A DNA stretch of 32,000 nt from Candidatus Thorarchaeota archaeon (GCA_048882505.1 JBHLRO010000004.1:200193-232192), one strand, 5' to 3'. Positions 17,123 to 26,101 are shown, counted from the first letter of the stretch. Program-made: numbers and translations. The notes: generated by a model not told the origin, from the letters alone.

Positions 17123-17206
17123 TTCCTCTTCTCATTCAGAGGAGCGATGGACAAAATTTAAATACGATCGTGTTGGGGGTGTTTACTGATCCTAAGGAAT
17201 CTGGTT

Positions 17207-18205
17207 TTGGCGGAAATGAAAATACACTGTGATGCGCGTTGCACGACCTGTATTGAACCTAGAGGTAGGAGCCGAAACATTGATGATGACAGCACAGCTC
17301 ATTATTGTGCAACCTGTCGGTCCGCATATTTTTGTGAAGTTGGAGTAGCTGAGCGGTTTTTAACGCCCGGATCTGAAGATTCTGAGTTATTCTGCGTAGA
17401 ATGCGGAAATGAACTGATCTCCAAACCTTTTGACGAGATAACATTGGAGAAAGCAAGATTTCTAATGGATAATAAACTTCTTAGTCGGAGCGGAAAATTT
17501 AGACCATCTTTACTTCCAAGAATCAAGATTAAATCTTCATTATCATTGCTTTATGATCTTAAATCTATCAGTGCTTTTCACCAGTCCCTTATTACCGAAT
17601 TAACACACTTATCAGGTCTTACGCCCCAGATTATAACCAATTTTGCACGAGATTTCGGAATTGGTGAAACACTTCTTTCAAACCTTAATGGCGACACGGA
17701 TTCAATCCTTGTCACTCTTGGAAGTGTATCGCCAAATTTTATCGAAATTCTACATGCAATCCTGGTCGGTCGCGATCCAACCATCGAAGGTGGTCTTGCC
17801 CTCCGGTTTTCTGTATACGCTGCGAACATTGCCAGCATTCTATTCATATCTCCCTCGGGAGCCTTGGTTCAATCGGGGCCTGCTGACATGTTGGCGTATG
17901 ATCCAAACGGTATGCGGATCTGGATATATTGTTTCCCAGGTGTTGCGGAGGTTTTAGACCTGGAGAAAATAATTCGGCCATTACTTAACCCTGATGACCA
18001 ATCCAAGTTCAATGGTGTTTCTGAAATCTACTTAGTATCACAAAAAGGATTTTCCTGGACTGCACTCCAGATACTTCAGAAATATCCAGGGATAGTGGTT
18101 TCAGATTTTGGTAAACAGAGATTAATTCCATTTACACTCTGGAAAGAAGTAGTAACCCCTGATTCCCGTCGTCCTGAAATAGCATTCGAGAAAATACGTT
18201 TATAG
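17207..18205 (+). CDS. Multi-Cys Zn-finger + (HhH)2-like + Mrr/restriction-endonuclease-like fold protein
   Basis: Cys at 8, 12, 15, 34, 37, 43, 63, 66; LTHLSGLTPQII...DFG...LVTLGSVSPNFIEIL; PADMLAY...IWIYCF; IYLVSQKGFSWTALQI. The ORF is secure; the domain calls are tentative. Confidence 0.6.
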   Translation: MAEMKIHCDARCTTCIEPRGRSRNIDDDSTAHYCATCRSAYFCEVGVAERFLTPGSEDSELFCVECGNELISKPFDEITLEKARFLMDNKLLSRSGKFRPSLLPRIKIKSSLSLLYDLKSISAFHQSLITELTHLSGLTPQIITNFARDFGIGETLLSNLNGDTDSILVTLGSVSPNFIEILHAILVGRDPTIEGGLALRFSVYAANIASILFISPSGALVQSGPADMLAYDPNGMRIWIYCFPGVAEVLDLEKIIRPLLNPDDQSKFNGVSEIYLVSQKGFSWTALQILQKYPGIVVSDFGKQRLIPFTLWKEVVTPDSRRPEIAFEKIRL

Positions 18206-18221
18206 ACGCACGACCTCCGAT

Positions 18222-18764
18222 GTGATAGGATTCTTGGTGTCAACTGAAGTTTTTTCTTCCTTTACAAAAGTGGTACTTTGGGGAAGCCGAAAAGTTGGAA
18301 AAACCTCGCTTTTGCGCCGTCTTCTAAACCTTCCTCCAAGTGAAAAATATCTTCCGACAATAGGGGTAAGAATCCACAATCTAGAGGCACATGTCAATGA
18401 AAACCATTACTACCTTCAATTTTGGGACGTTTCTGGGAATGAGATTTACCATGACCTAATATCATCACTAGTAAAGAATGCAGGATGCATGATCTTAGTA
18501 TTCGATCATCAGAACAAAGAATCCCAAGAGGAAGTAATGGGTTTATATGAGAAAGTAAGAGAATTGGCTAAGAGTGTCCCAGTCCTAATAGTTGGGAATA
18601 AAGCGGAGGAAACAAAAAAAGAGGTTCCAAAACGGATGGAAAATTGGGCTCGAGCTCGAAATCTACGTATTCTCCCTATGTCTGCTAAACATGGAATGGG
18701 CGCCTCTCTTTTATTGAATATAATTGTTAAAACCTGCGGAATTCCAGTAAACCAAAGCAACTAG
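18222..18764 (+). CDS. Rab/Ras-like small GTPase
   Basis: G1 GSRKVGKTS, G2 YLPTIG, G3 WDVSG, G4 NKAE, G5 SAK; no C-terminal CaaX/CC motif. Confidence 0.9.
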   Translation: MIGFLVSTEVFSSFTKVVLWGSRKVGKTSLLRRLLNLPPSEKYLPTIGVRIHNLEAHVNENHYYLQFWDVSGNEIYHDLISSLVKNAGCMILVFDHQNKESQEEVMGLYEKVRELAKSVPVLIVGNKAEETKKEVPKRMENWARARNLRILPMSAKHGMGASLLLNIIVKTCGIPVNQSN

Positions 18765-18776
18765 GTTGAGTTTTAA

Positions 18777-19196
18777 TTATTTCCACGAGGATTCATCAGT
18801 ATTTAGTTCCTCACATGAGGCCTGCACAATTTCGCATTCATGCCATCGGGTTCCGTTTTGGAACTCACAAATTTCCCCAGTCACCTGACAGCAGTGATCC
18901 TCCTTTAAATACAGACACAAGCTTGTCATGACAAGTCGAAGATTCATTTTTTCCGAAGGAAGTCCACGCAGATAGTTTTGGTGTAATTGATCTCGAATTT
19001 CCTGATAATTTTGAACCTGAAGTGTGGAAAGCATGCATCCCGTTTTAAAAGTAATTCCCCCAGCGATAAGACTGTTCTCGAACTCGAGGAAACTGAATAG
19101 CTGGCGCTGTAATGAATCTAAGATTTCATCGTCAACGTCGGGCATGCCCATCTGGTTGAGCATGTCTCGCAGATTTTTCCTGAAAATCTTCCACAC
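18777..19196 (-). CDS. Hypothetical protein with Cys-rich C-terminal module
   Basis: ATG preceded by GGAGG (reverse complement of cctcc-like CCTCC at 19201-19206 region, GGGAGG...TAGGTG); CLYLKEDHCCQVTGEIC...HEC. Confidence 0.65.
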   Translation of the reverse strand: MWKIFRKNLRDMLNQMGMPDVDDEILDSLQRQLFSFLEFENSLIAGGITFKTGCMLSTLQVQNYQEIRDQLHQNYLRGLPSEKMNLRLVMTSLCLYLKEDHCCQVTGEICEFQNGTRWHECEIVQASCEELNTDESSWK

Positions 19197-19404
19197 CTAC
19201 ATGGGAGGTATGCTAAGAGTAGTATTTAAGCTATTGTTTACACTTTCGCGAAGGAACACCAGATAGGGAAGGACTAAAAACATGTAGATTCCGATAAGTT
19301 TACGTTCCTGATAACCTGACCATTAATGAAGGATCATGATGTCAGGTATTTTACGTCCAATAAGATATTTCACTAGGCGTAAAAACGTGTAAAAGGTTCC
19401 AATA

Positions 19405-22314
19405 ATGCCTGAATATGACTACAACCCAGTGGTTTGGGTGTCACTGGCAACCGCATCGGGAATGTCCCTTATTAGTTTGGGGCAACCAGGCCTTCGTTCC
19501 GATCTGGACGAACAGGTATATACAGGTGGACTTACTGCGGTGCAAGCCATGATTGGAGGGGAGGTGGGGGGGGATACAGGAAGATTTGTAGGAGGAAGTC
19601 ATTACAATAAAACAGGCCGATTTTTGGTCAAGAGCGAGAATTTGGAGTTGGTTGGGCAATTTTTACTAATTTCTGAATCTCGTCAAACCGTGGCACCCGA
19701 ACTGGTTCAGTATTACGAAGAACTGGTTAGTCGGTTTGCGCGAGAAACGCTGAAGACAGAGGAATTCAAAAAGACCCAGGATTTTTATGTTACCCTGGGG
19801 GTAGATGAAATTCTGGAAACCTTCTTCAAGGTAATAAATGAAGCCCGCAAACAGGTCTCTATTCCAACGAGTGAAGAACCTTTTAAGAACGCAGTACAAG
19901 AGATGTTGAATAAATCAATTAATGATTATGAGTATAGTACAACCTTGGTAAGCATTTCAGAGCTTAAGGGAAATTATCCTGCTCTTAAAGACGAAATCAG
20001 AGCCAAGCAATCATCTTTAACTGAAGATTTCACGAATGACTTACTTGAGCTTCTCACTAGTGAGCGTCCACATGCTTTGGTACAGTATCCGAAAATCAGC
20101 ACTAAAAAAATACGTAAGGAACTCTCCAAGTATGTTCATGAAACAATTGAACAGCTAAACGTACAAGCAGGCTTGGAAGAGACTCTTCAAGAGTTTGAAA
20201 AAAATGAATTGCGGGATATCCTTGAAGAATTCAGTTTGCAAGAAGTTTCTAAGGCAAACTTAGCTGCACGATTGGAAGAGGAGGTTTTACAGAAGTTTTT
20301 ACGAGAATTTCCCCTTCTTTACCTTGCGGATCCAAGTATTGCGAATTTTGCCCAAGTCATTGAAGATCTGAACAACCGGATCAGTGAGGAGTTTGATCTG
20401 GGAGGTACCCTGACACGCATTGTAAACCTCCTATTTGACAACACTCGTGAAAAAGAACAGGAAATGGTGATCCCGTATATAAGGTATTTTAGTGAGCAGT
20501 TTACAACTGGTTTAACTACATCGGCGTGGAAATACATCCAATTTATCTTCAAATTAATCTCCATGGAGACAGGAGTTGAACTAGAAAATGTGCTACCCCT
20601 GATTAAAGACGAGATTCCAGAGTCTCATTATACCGAGGTCACTAAACAGGTTACACGTTACAAACTCAGTAAGGTAATCCCCATTTCCTTCACTGTCAAG
20701 AAAGCTAGCGATGTGCTCCCTTTTTATCGGAGCTTGTTCGCGGGTTTAGGTTTTGCAGTAAACACCCTGATAACTGAAACTGCCTTGGGACGAAACACTG
20801 CGGATAATTACATGGTTCGAACCCTAAAGAACTACGATAATTTCCTCTACGATCTGCTTAAACTGGGATTTTTGGTCTCTGCGTACACATCCTTGGAAGG
20901 GGAAAGATCAAAGTTTGACTTTACCTTGGCCTATCCCAATATAGGAAATTTCGATGGGAATTTTGACCTGACGAATTTGGATGTAGATACACTTGTTTCA
21001 GCTATTAGTAGGGCGAGTGTTGAGTATATAGATGAAGAAAAACAGCTCATTGAAGGACGCTTGGAAGAGCTACGAAAAGGATTCGACAAACGGGCAAAAG
21101 ACATTGAAAGGTTTTTGGGAAAATCACCCAAGGTTATTTCCAAGGGTTACTCTGGGACGGAAATAGGGGAAGTAAATGTTCTTTTTGACAAAAATAACCT
21201 GGTTGCACCACCAATTGAATCTATCTTTCAGGATATTAAGGACGATTACCGAAAAATCATCCAAAAAATGGAATCTTCGTTGGATAAAGTCGCTTCAGCG
21301 GCAAGCGAATTTTTGGCTGATAAGATTTCAGAGAAAAAGTTTCAAAATGAAGCATCAGATTTTGGATTTATAAATCAAGCACGTGACGGGGTTCAGAAGG
21401 TAATTCAAAAACAGTGGGGTAATATTGAAAGAAAGTATTCTTCTTTGGGTTCTTCTGTTGAGAAGCGTGTTCACGGATTAAGAAAAAGTCTGCAGAAAGC
21501 CTATTCTCAAGCAGGGCAGCCCGCAGCCTATCTTCGGTTTGATCAAAAGTCTTATTCCCGCGGCAATATGGATATCTTCAAATCTCACTCTTCGATTACA
21601 GCGAATATAGAATCTACTATCGAGAAACGCATGAAAAAGGAATCTATTATCACATTTGATAACTTGGGAGCATATGAATTTTTTGCCAATAGCCGTTCCC
21701 TTCCCCGGTCACTTCAGATCGCCTTGACCAATGCTCTAGTTAATAAAGAATCATTCCCCTTCCTAAAAGATGCTACTTCAAATCTTAACCTTGAGATCCA
21801 TAATGATATCTTCCAGTCCTACGCAGAAGTAATTGGCCAACGAACTAATGAAATCTTAACACAACTACTACAAGATGTCGGAGCGTCGATCAGAAAAGAA
21901 TATTTTAGTTCAGATCCAGTTATAACGTTTTTTGAAAGTGGAAACAAAATTTTGGTACCTGCAATCGATTTGGGAGTTGTCTCGGAACGAGCCATGAAAT
22001 CTCTTACTAATTTATTGGGTGAACGAATCGGAATTGAATCCCAACATGAGGAAGACCATAGTCTTCATCGTATTCTCGCCGCAATACCCACGTTCGGATG
22101 TAATTATTCGGATCTGGTTTGGGAAAGGCACCATCATGGAAAAGAGATTACTCTAAACAAAGTCATGCTGCTTGTAAATTGGCATTCTCTTTTAGAAGAA
22201 AATAAGTTTTACCTGAACATAATTCGTTATTCCGCCGCGATTTATTCTGATCGTGTAAAGAAAGGCGTTGAAAAAACTCTTATCCAGGTCGAAAGAAGCC
22301 TGACTTCCGGGTAA
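19405..22314 (+). CDS. Large (969 aa) hypothetical protein: N-terminal longin-like domain plus long helical body
   Basis: N-terminal WVSLATASGMSLISL...EQVYTGGLTAVQAMIGGEV... matches the longin start pattern; the rest is charged and helical with no clear TM segment. Confidence 0.75.
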   Translation: MPEYDYNPVVWVSLATASGMSLISLGQPGLRSDLDEQVYTGGLTAVQAMIGGEVGGDTGRFVGGSHYNKTGRFLVKSENLELVGQFLLISESRQTVAPELVQYYEELVSRFARETLKTEEFKKTQDFYVTLGVDEILETFFKVINEARKQVSIPTSEEPFKNAVQEMLNKSINDYEYSTTLVSISELKGNYPALKDEIRAKQSSLTEDFTNDLLELLTSERPHALVQYPKISTKKIRKELSKYVHETIEQLNVQAGLEETLQEFEKNELRDILEEFSLQEVSKANLAARLEEEVLQKFLREFPLLYLADPSIANFAQVIEDLNNRISEEFDLGGTLTRIVNLLFDNTREKEQEMVIPYIRYFSEQFTTGLTTSAWKYIQFIFKLISMETGVELENVLPLIKDEIPESHYTEVTKQVTRYKLSKVIPISFTVKKASDVLPFYRSLFAGLGFAVNTLITETALGRNTADNYMVRTLKNYDNFLYDLLKLGFLVSAYTSLEGERSKFDFTLAYPNIGNFDGNFDLTNLDVDTLVSAISRASVEYIDEEKQLIEGRLEELRKGFDKRAKDIERFLGKSPKVISKGYSGTEIGEVNVLFDKNNLVAPPIESIFQDIKDDYRKIIQKMESSLDKVASAASEFLADKISEKKFQNEASDFGFINQARDGVQKVIQKQWGNIERKYSSLGSSVEKRVHGLRKSLQKAYSQAGQPAAYLRFDQKSYSRGNMDIFKSHSSITANIESTIEKRMKKESIITFDNLGAYEFFANSRSLPRSLQIALTNALVNKESFPFLKDATSNLNLEIHNDIFQSYAEVIGQRTNEILTQLLQDVGASIRKEYFSSDPVITFFESGNKILVPAIDLGVVSERAMKSLTNLLGERIGIESQHEEDHSLHRILAAIPTFGCNYSDLVWERHHHGKEITLNKVMLLVNWHSLLEENKFYLNIIRYSAAIYSDRVKKGVEKTLIQVERSLTSG

Positions 22315-22360
22315 CTCATAGATTGCCGCTTTCCGGATTGGGTGGAGATTTAAATTATCT

Positions 22361-23020
22361 TTGGATGTGCATTTAACCATTAAAGCCAATATCAAGGTTT
22401 ATCCTCCTCAAGAAGACTCATGGTTTCTATTAGACGTATTAACCGAAGTTCTTACAAGCCCCGAATACGAAAAAAGAACTCAGGTGGTTCTATGTGAACT
22501 AGGTATTGGAACGGGTTATATTTCATTGAATCTAGCCCAGCGTTTCCCCAATACACGGACCATAGGGATTGATATCTCTTTTGAAGCGGCTCAGTTCGCA
22601 CATGAAAATCTGAATCGTTGTCTTCCCCGGACCCATTTTGAGATTATCTGTACCAATATCTTGGATCCATTTGTTTTTGAGAACTTCAGTCCAGATATCA
22701 TATTTTTCAATCCACCATACCTGTTGACCTCACTTACAGAATTTCAGAGGCAAGGTCCATTAATTCGGAGTTGGGCCGGCGGCCCAGGAGGGATCACTGT
22801 TATTCAACAGTTTCTCGCTGGTTTGTCTCAGTTTACCTTTGGACGGGCTTTCTTTCTTACCTCAAGTCTCAACGAAAACAGGGAGATCGAGGCCCAATTT
22901 GAGAATCAATTTCGATTAAATAGAATTGCCAGTCGGATAGCCGGAAATGAGGAACTGATTTGCTACGAGGTTACCATTAAGGATATACAACTCTCAGAGT
23001 TTATCGAGAAAGTCTACTAA
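22361..23020 (+). CDS. HemK2/N6AMT1-like (archaeal release-factor glutamine) methyltransferase
   Basis: VYPPQEDSWFL, ELGIGTG, GIDIS, NPPY, WAGG..G. Confidence 0.85.
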   Translation: MDVHLTIKANIKVYPPQEDSWFLLDVLTEVLTSPEYEKRTQVVLCELGIGTGYISLNLAQRFPNTRTIGIDISFEAAQFAHENLNRCLPRTHFEIICTNILDPFVFENFSPDIIFFNPPYLLTSLTEFQRQGPLIRSWAGGPGGITVIQQFLAGLSQFTFGRAFFLTSSLNENREIEAQFENQFRLNRIASRIAGNEELICYEVTIKDIQLSEFIEKVY

Positions 23021-23716
23021 CGTAGAGAGCGAGTCTGGTTGTTCTAGGTAAAGCATTAACCTGTCTGTCGATTTTGCAAGCTCAGTAAGAGGAAGGATTT
23101 TGCGTTCATCTTCTTCGCGGAATATATTGAGGACCATAACGGAAGGAATCTTCAGATCTTCAAGAGATCTATTTATGAGGCTCTTTGGGATTGGAATCGA
23201 AACCACGGGAGGCTTGCTTAATTGAAGATCCATTTGACGATATAATTCTCTTACAATTTGAAACAAATTGTCAACAATGATTATCTGCTCCGATTTCTGT
23301 CCTCCTAAATAATGTACAAACGGCGGAGCAAATTGAGCTAGGAGAATCACTTTTAATTCGGTATTTGCAATGAAAGACATAATATTTTGGATTATTACTG
23401 GATCTTCGTGTAAAATAATGACCTTTTCCGCATGTTGGAATCCGATGTTTTCATAAAGATTGCGCTTGCCATATTCATCCCTCCTTTCTTCAACCAGAAC
23501 GAGTACGTCCTGTTCACGGATTTCTTCTATCCAATCAAATTTCCGGTCCGCGATTAGAGCTACTTTTGACTGTGCACCAATTTCTATGAGTCTTTCCAAA
23601 AATGCTTCCGCAAAGATGTTACTACCAAATACAAAGATACTATTCTGCCTTTCTACGGCCTTCTCGGCGAATTTTCTGATTTGTCGCTTTTTAAATAGGA
23701 AGCTCATTGGATTCAC
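22994..23716 (-). CDS. Soluble RCK (TrkA-N + TrkA-C-like) protein
   Basis: Rossmann-like FVFGSNIFAEAFL, NLYENIGFQHAEKVIIL, C-terminal VVSIPIP...VLNIFR...DRL; clearly paralogous to the upstream gene. Confidence 0.7.
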   Translation of the reverse strand: MNPMSFLFKKRQIRKFAEKAVERQNSIFVFGSNIFAEAFLERLIEIGAQSKVALIADRKFDWIEEIREQDVLVLVEERRDEYGKRNLYENIGFQHAEKVIILHEDPVIIQNIMSFIANTELKVILLAQFAPPFVHYLGGQKSEQIIIVDNLFQIVRELYRQMDLQLSKPPVVSIPIPKSLINRSLEDLKIPSVMVLNIFREEDERKILPLTELAKSTDRLMLYLEQPDSLSTLVDFLDKL

Positions 23717-24961
23717 CTAAGAGTTCTCTTCTCCAGAAGTCGTAAACTTAAACTGTTCCGATCCTTCGTCTTGAAGTGGAGTGGTAGCATTTGTTTCGTT
23801 ATCTGGCAAATGATTCTGGATTTGGGTCTTGTCTTTGGCCTTCTTCTTTTTGGGCTGTTTTGATCCTGGTGGCAGTTCTGTGGCGACTCTATTCGCGAGC
23901 ATCATGTTGTAATTACCTAAAGGATCTGCGATATAATGGATTACGACCCTATCGCCCTGTTGAAGTCTTTCATGAGGAGGTAGGAGAGTGTTACCTCTAC
24001 GAATGAGTAAAGCTGTCAATTTAGGTATGTCTGCGGTAAAATTATCCCCCGTCGACCCTATATAAGTTCGAGGAATATCGATTTCAACAGTAGTAGGATA
24101 ATCAAAATCTAGGGACAAAGAAGTAACTAGAGCTTCGACAGTTACCTCCAAATCCTCCAAAATTGAAAGGTGGGGATCTTGAACAAGTTCGCTGAACACC
24201 CACGCCGGCGTATATTGAGAAAGGAGGATAATGTCCACATCAGGTCGAATTTTGCGGATATTTGTCAAAATATTTTGATTCAGTTCTATACTTTCTGTTA
24301 AAATCATTATACGACTTGCATTCAAAAATCCAATGATTTCGTATAGATTCTCTTTCTCAAATTCCTTGAAATCTTCCACTACGTATGTATCGATTCGACC
24401 CTTCAGAGTACGAACCCAGAGAAGATCCGCATCAGCAATTAATGAAACTTTTTCTTCATAGGCATACTGAAATACCATTTCAAACAAAAAGCGTTCTGCA
24501 GGTCTTGAAGTTCCGAAGACATACGTGACATCGCTTTTTGTATTGATTTTGTCAGTGTATTTCGAGATAGGTGACTTGATCATCAACCGGGCCACGATTG
24601 TTGTGAGGCCGATAATCCCAGATGCCCAGCCTAGGTTTGTTGGCTGTACAACGAAACGGCTCATGCTGTCTTGTAGCTTCCATGCTAAAAATGGATCACC
24701 TGGGATTAATCCCAATACGAAAGGCAAAACCAGGATTAGGAAAATGAGGAACAGTAAAACCCCAAGGCCAACCCAGATGTATAAAATCAGCAAATCTCGA
24801 AGAGGAATAAAATACTTGAATTCCCGAAGCGCAATTCGAACTAGGAATTTCGTATTGGCTCGCACGGTTGTAAGAATATATTTAAAAGCTCGTATATTGT
24901 CTGAGAGGGTTCTTTTTTTCACTACTTGAGTAGGCCGATCTTCCGTTACTGCCTGGGTCAA
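23717..24961 (-). CDS. Membrane-anchored RCK protein (MthK-like layout, no selectivity-filter motif)
   Basis: Two hydrophobic segments followed by YVFGTSRPAERFL...NLYEIIGFLNASRIMIL and TrkA-C-like VEIDIP...LLIRRG...LQQGDRVVI. Confidence 0.7.
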   Translation of the reverse strand: MTQAVTEDRPTQVVKKRTLSDNIRAFKYILTTVRANTKFLVRIALREFKYFIPLRDLLILYIWVGLGVLLFLIFLILVLPFVLGLIPGDPFLAWKLQDSMSRFVVQPTNLGWASGIIGLTTIVARLMIKSPISKYTDKINTKSDVTYVFGTSRPAERFLFEMVFQYAYEEKVSLIADADLLWVRTLKGRIDTYVVEDFKEFEKENLYEIIGFLNASRIMILTESIELNQNILTNIRKIRPDVDIILLSQYTPAWVFSELVQDPHLSILEDLEVTVEALVTSLSLDFDYPTTVEIDIPRTYIGSTGDNFTADIPKLTALLIRRGNTLLPPHERLQQGDRVVIHYIADPLGNYNMMLANRVATELPPGSKQPKKKKAKDKTQIQNHLPDNETNATTPLQDEGSEQFKFTTSGEENS

Positions 24962-25081
24962 TTATTGTCACCAGAATATAGTAAACAAATGAAAAGCTTG
25001 AAATTGAATTTCGAACGAGCGGAGGAGAAGGCTGTCAGGATTTCCTCCTTCGTAACCGCGACTTACACATTTCACTTAGGT

Positions 25082-25249
25082 CTATCTTGATGTCGGAGGG
25101 GAGGTGGTTCCCCATTCCAGTTCACGTCTTAACAAATCTCGGATTGCAGTCCGAATGGCTTCAGATCGAGAACTATAGACTCCATTCCGCACTAACTCAT
25201 CGAGTCCTTCCAAATATGTATTCGGTGCTTTAAAACTGATTAATTTCAT
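25082..25249 (-). CDS. Ribbon-helix-helix protein, CdrS/CopG-like (55 aa)
   Basis: Missed by the track. Manual translation: MKLISFKAPNTYLEGLDELVRNGVYSSRSEAIRTAIRDLLRRELEWGTTSPPTSR*; GAGG/GTGG purine tract upstream. Confidence 0.88.
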   Translation of the reverse strand: MKLISFKAPNTYLEGLDELVRNGVYSSRSEAIRTAIRDLLRRELEWGTTSPPTSR

Positions 25250-25391
25250 GATATCCACACTCGAGGAGAGATTGGCAGCTTCGATTTTACATTTAAAATG
25301 ATTTAGTTGTATTACTTTTCATGCAATCTGTAAGGGAATGAGAGAATGCAGTTTGAGTCCGACGCGTGGTGAATGCACGTATAAAGTTTCA

Positions 25392-25400
25392 TATATAAAA
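25392..25400 (-). promoter_or_regulatory. Candidate TATA box for the RHH gene
   Basis: TTTTATATA on the minus strand about 145 nt upstream of the ATG at 25249; the same bases also read TATATAAAA on the plus strand, so direction is ambiguous. Confidence 0.25.
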
Positions 25401-25657
25401 CCGTTCCTTTCAACTTTCGAGGTACAGATTTTTGCCTCTCAACCCTCCTAAAATTAGTTTAACCTTGAAAATGGGCTCTTTTCCGGATTTAAAATAGAAA
25501 CTAGACGATTTTGCACGGCCACAACGCATATTACTCATATGACGGTAAATTAGGAATATTTTTCAACTGATTCCTACACCATCCTGAAACATGATTTCGA
25601 ACTATAAAAAAAATCCTTAAAAAACCTAAGCTAAGTATAACATCGGTTAGGTGAAAT

Positions 25658-26062
25658 ATGTTGTCGAATTCTCTTGAGAAAATTGCTACCCAGACGACCA
25701 AAGTCAAACAGAACTTAACTCGGGCATCGGAAATTGCCAAAAAAATGCCAGATAAACTCAATAGGCTCTACCAAACCAATACAGACCTGAAAAAGGAAAA
25801 AGAAGAGTTAAGAAAGAAGAATGAAGAATTAAATCAGCAAGTTATAAAGCTGGAAGCGGACTTTTCCGCCCTGAAAACGGAATTCGACCACAAGCTAAAT
25901 ACAAGCGAAAACAAGATCGTTTCAGTTCAGCGTGAGCTCGAAATTACAAAAGATGACCTAAAATCTAAAATAGACCAAATTAACGCGAAGGAAGAGCGAA
26001 TCAAAATCCTCGAAACTCAGAATAAGGAGTTAATGGAAAATCTTCGTCGAAGATCGGAATAA
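25658..26062 (+). CDS. All-coiled-coil hypothetical protein
   Basis: Continuous heptad pattern over about 100 aa; SD-like AGGTGA directly upstream of the ATG. Confidence 0.8.
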   Translation: MLSNSLEKIATQTTKVKQNLTRASEIAKKMPDKLNRLYQTNTDLKKEKEELRKKNEELNQQVIKLEADFSALKTEFDHKLNTSENKIVSVQRELEITKDDLKSKIDQINAKEERIKILETQNKELMENLRRRSE

Positions 26063-26101
26063 CGATGGTCTTCATCCACTGACAAACTTGGAGCTGGATC
26101 A

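Noticed and set aside
7850-18764. ICMT-family enzyme acting as the prenylcysteine methylase for the nearby small GTPases
   Set aside because: Neither GTPase ends in CaaX, CC or CxC, no prenyltransferase gene is present, and this family is widespread in prokaryotes.
25015-25055. Hairpin GGAGGA...TCCTCC between the RHH gene and the RCK gene as a SECIS element or riboswitch
   Set aside because: No in-frame UGA selenoprotein candidate is nearby and no recognisable consensus is present; it may be a simple terminator-like stem.
25340-25385. tRNA-like T-arm string GTTTGAGTCC
   Set aside because: No acceptor, D or anticodon stems can be folded around it, and the context is AT-rich.
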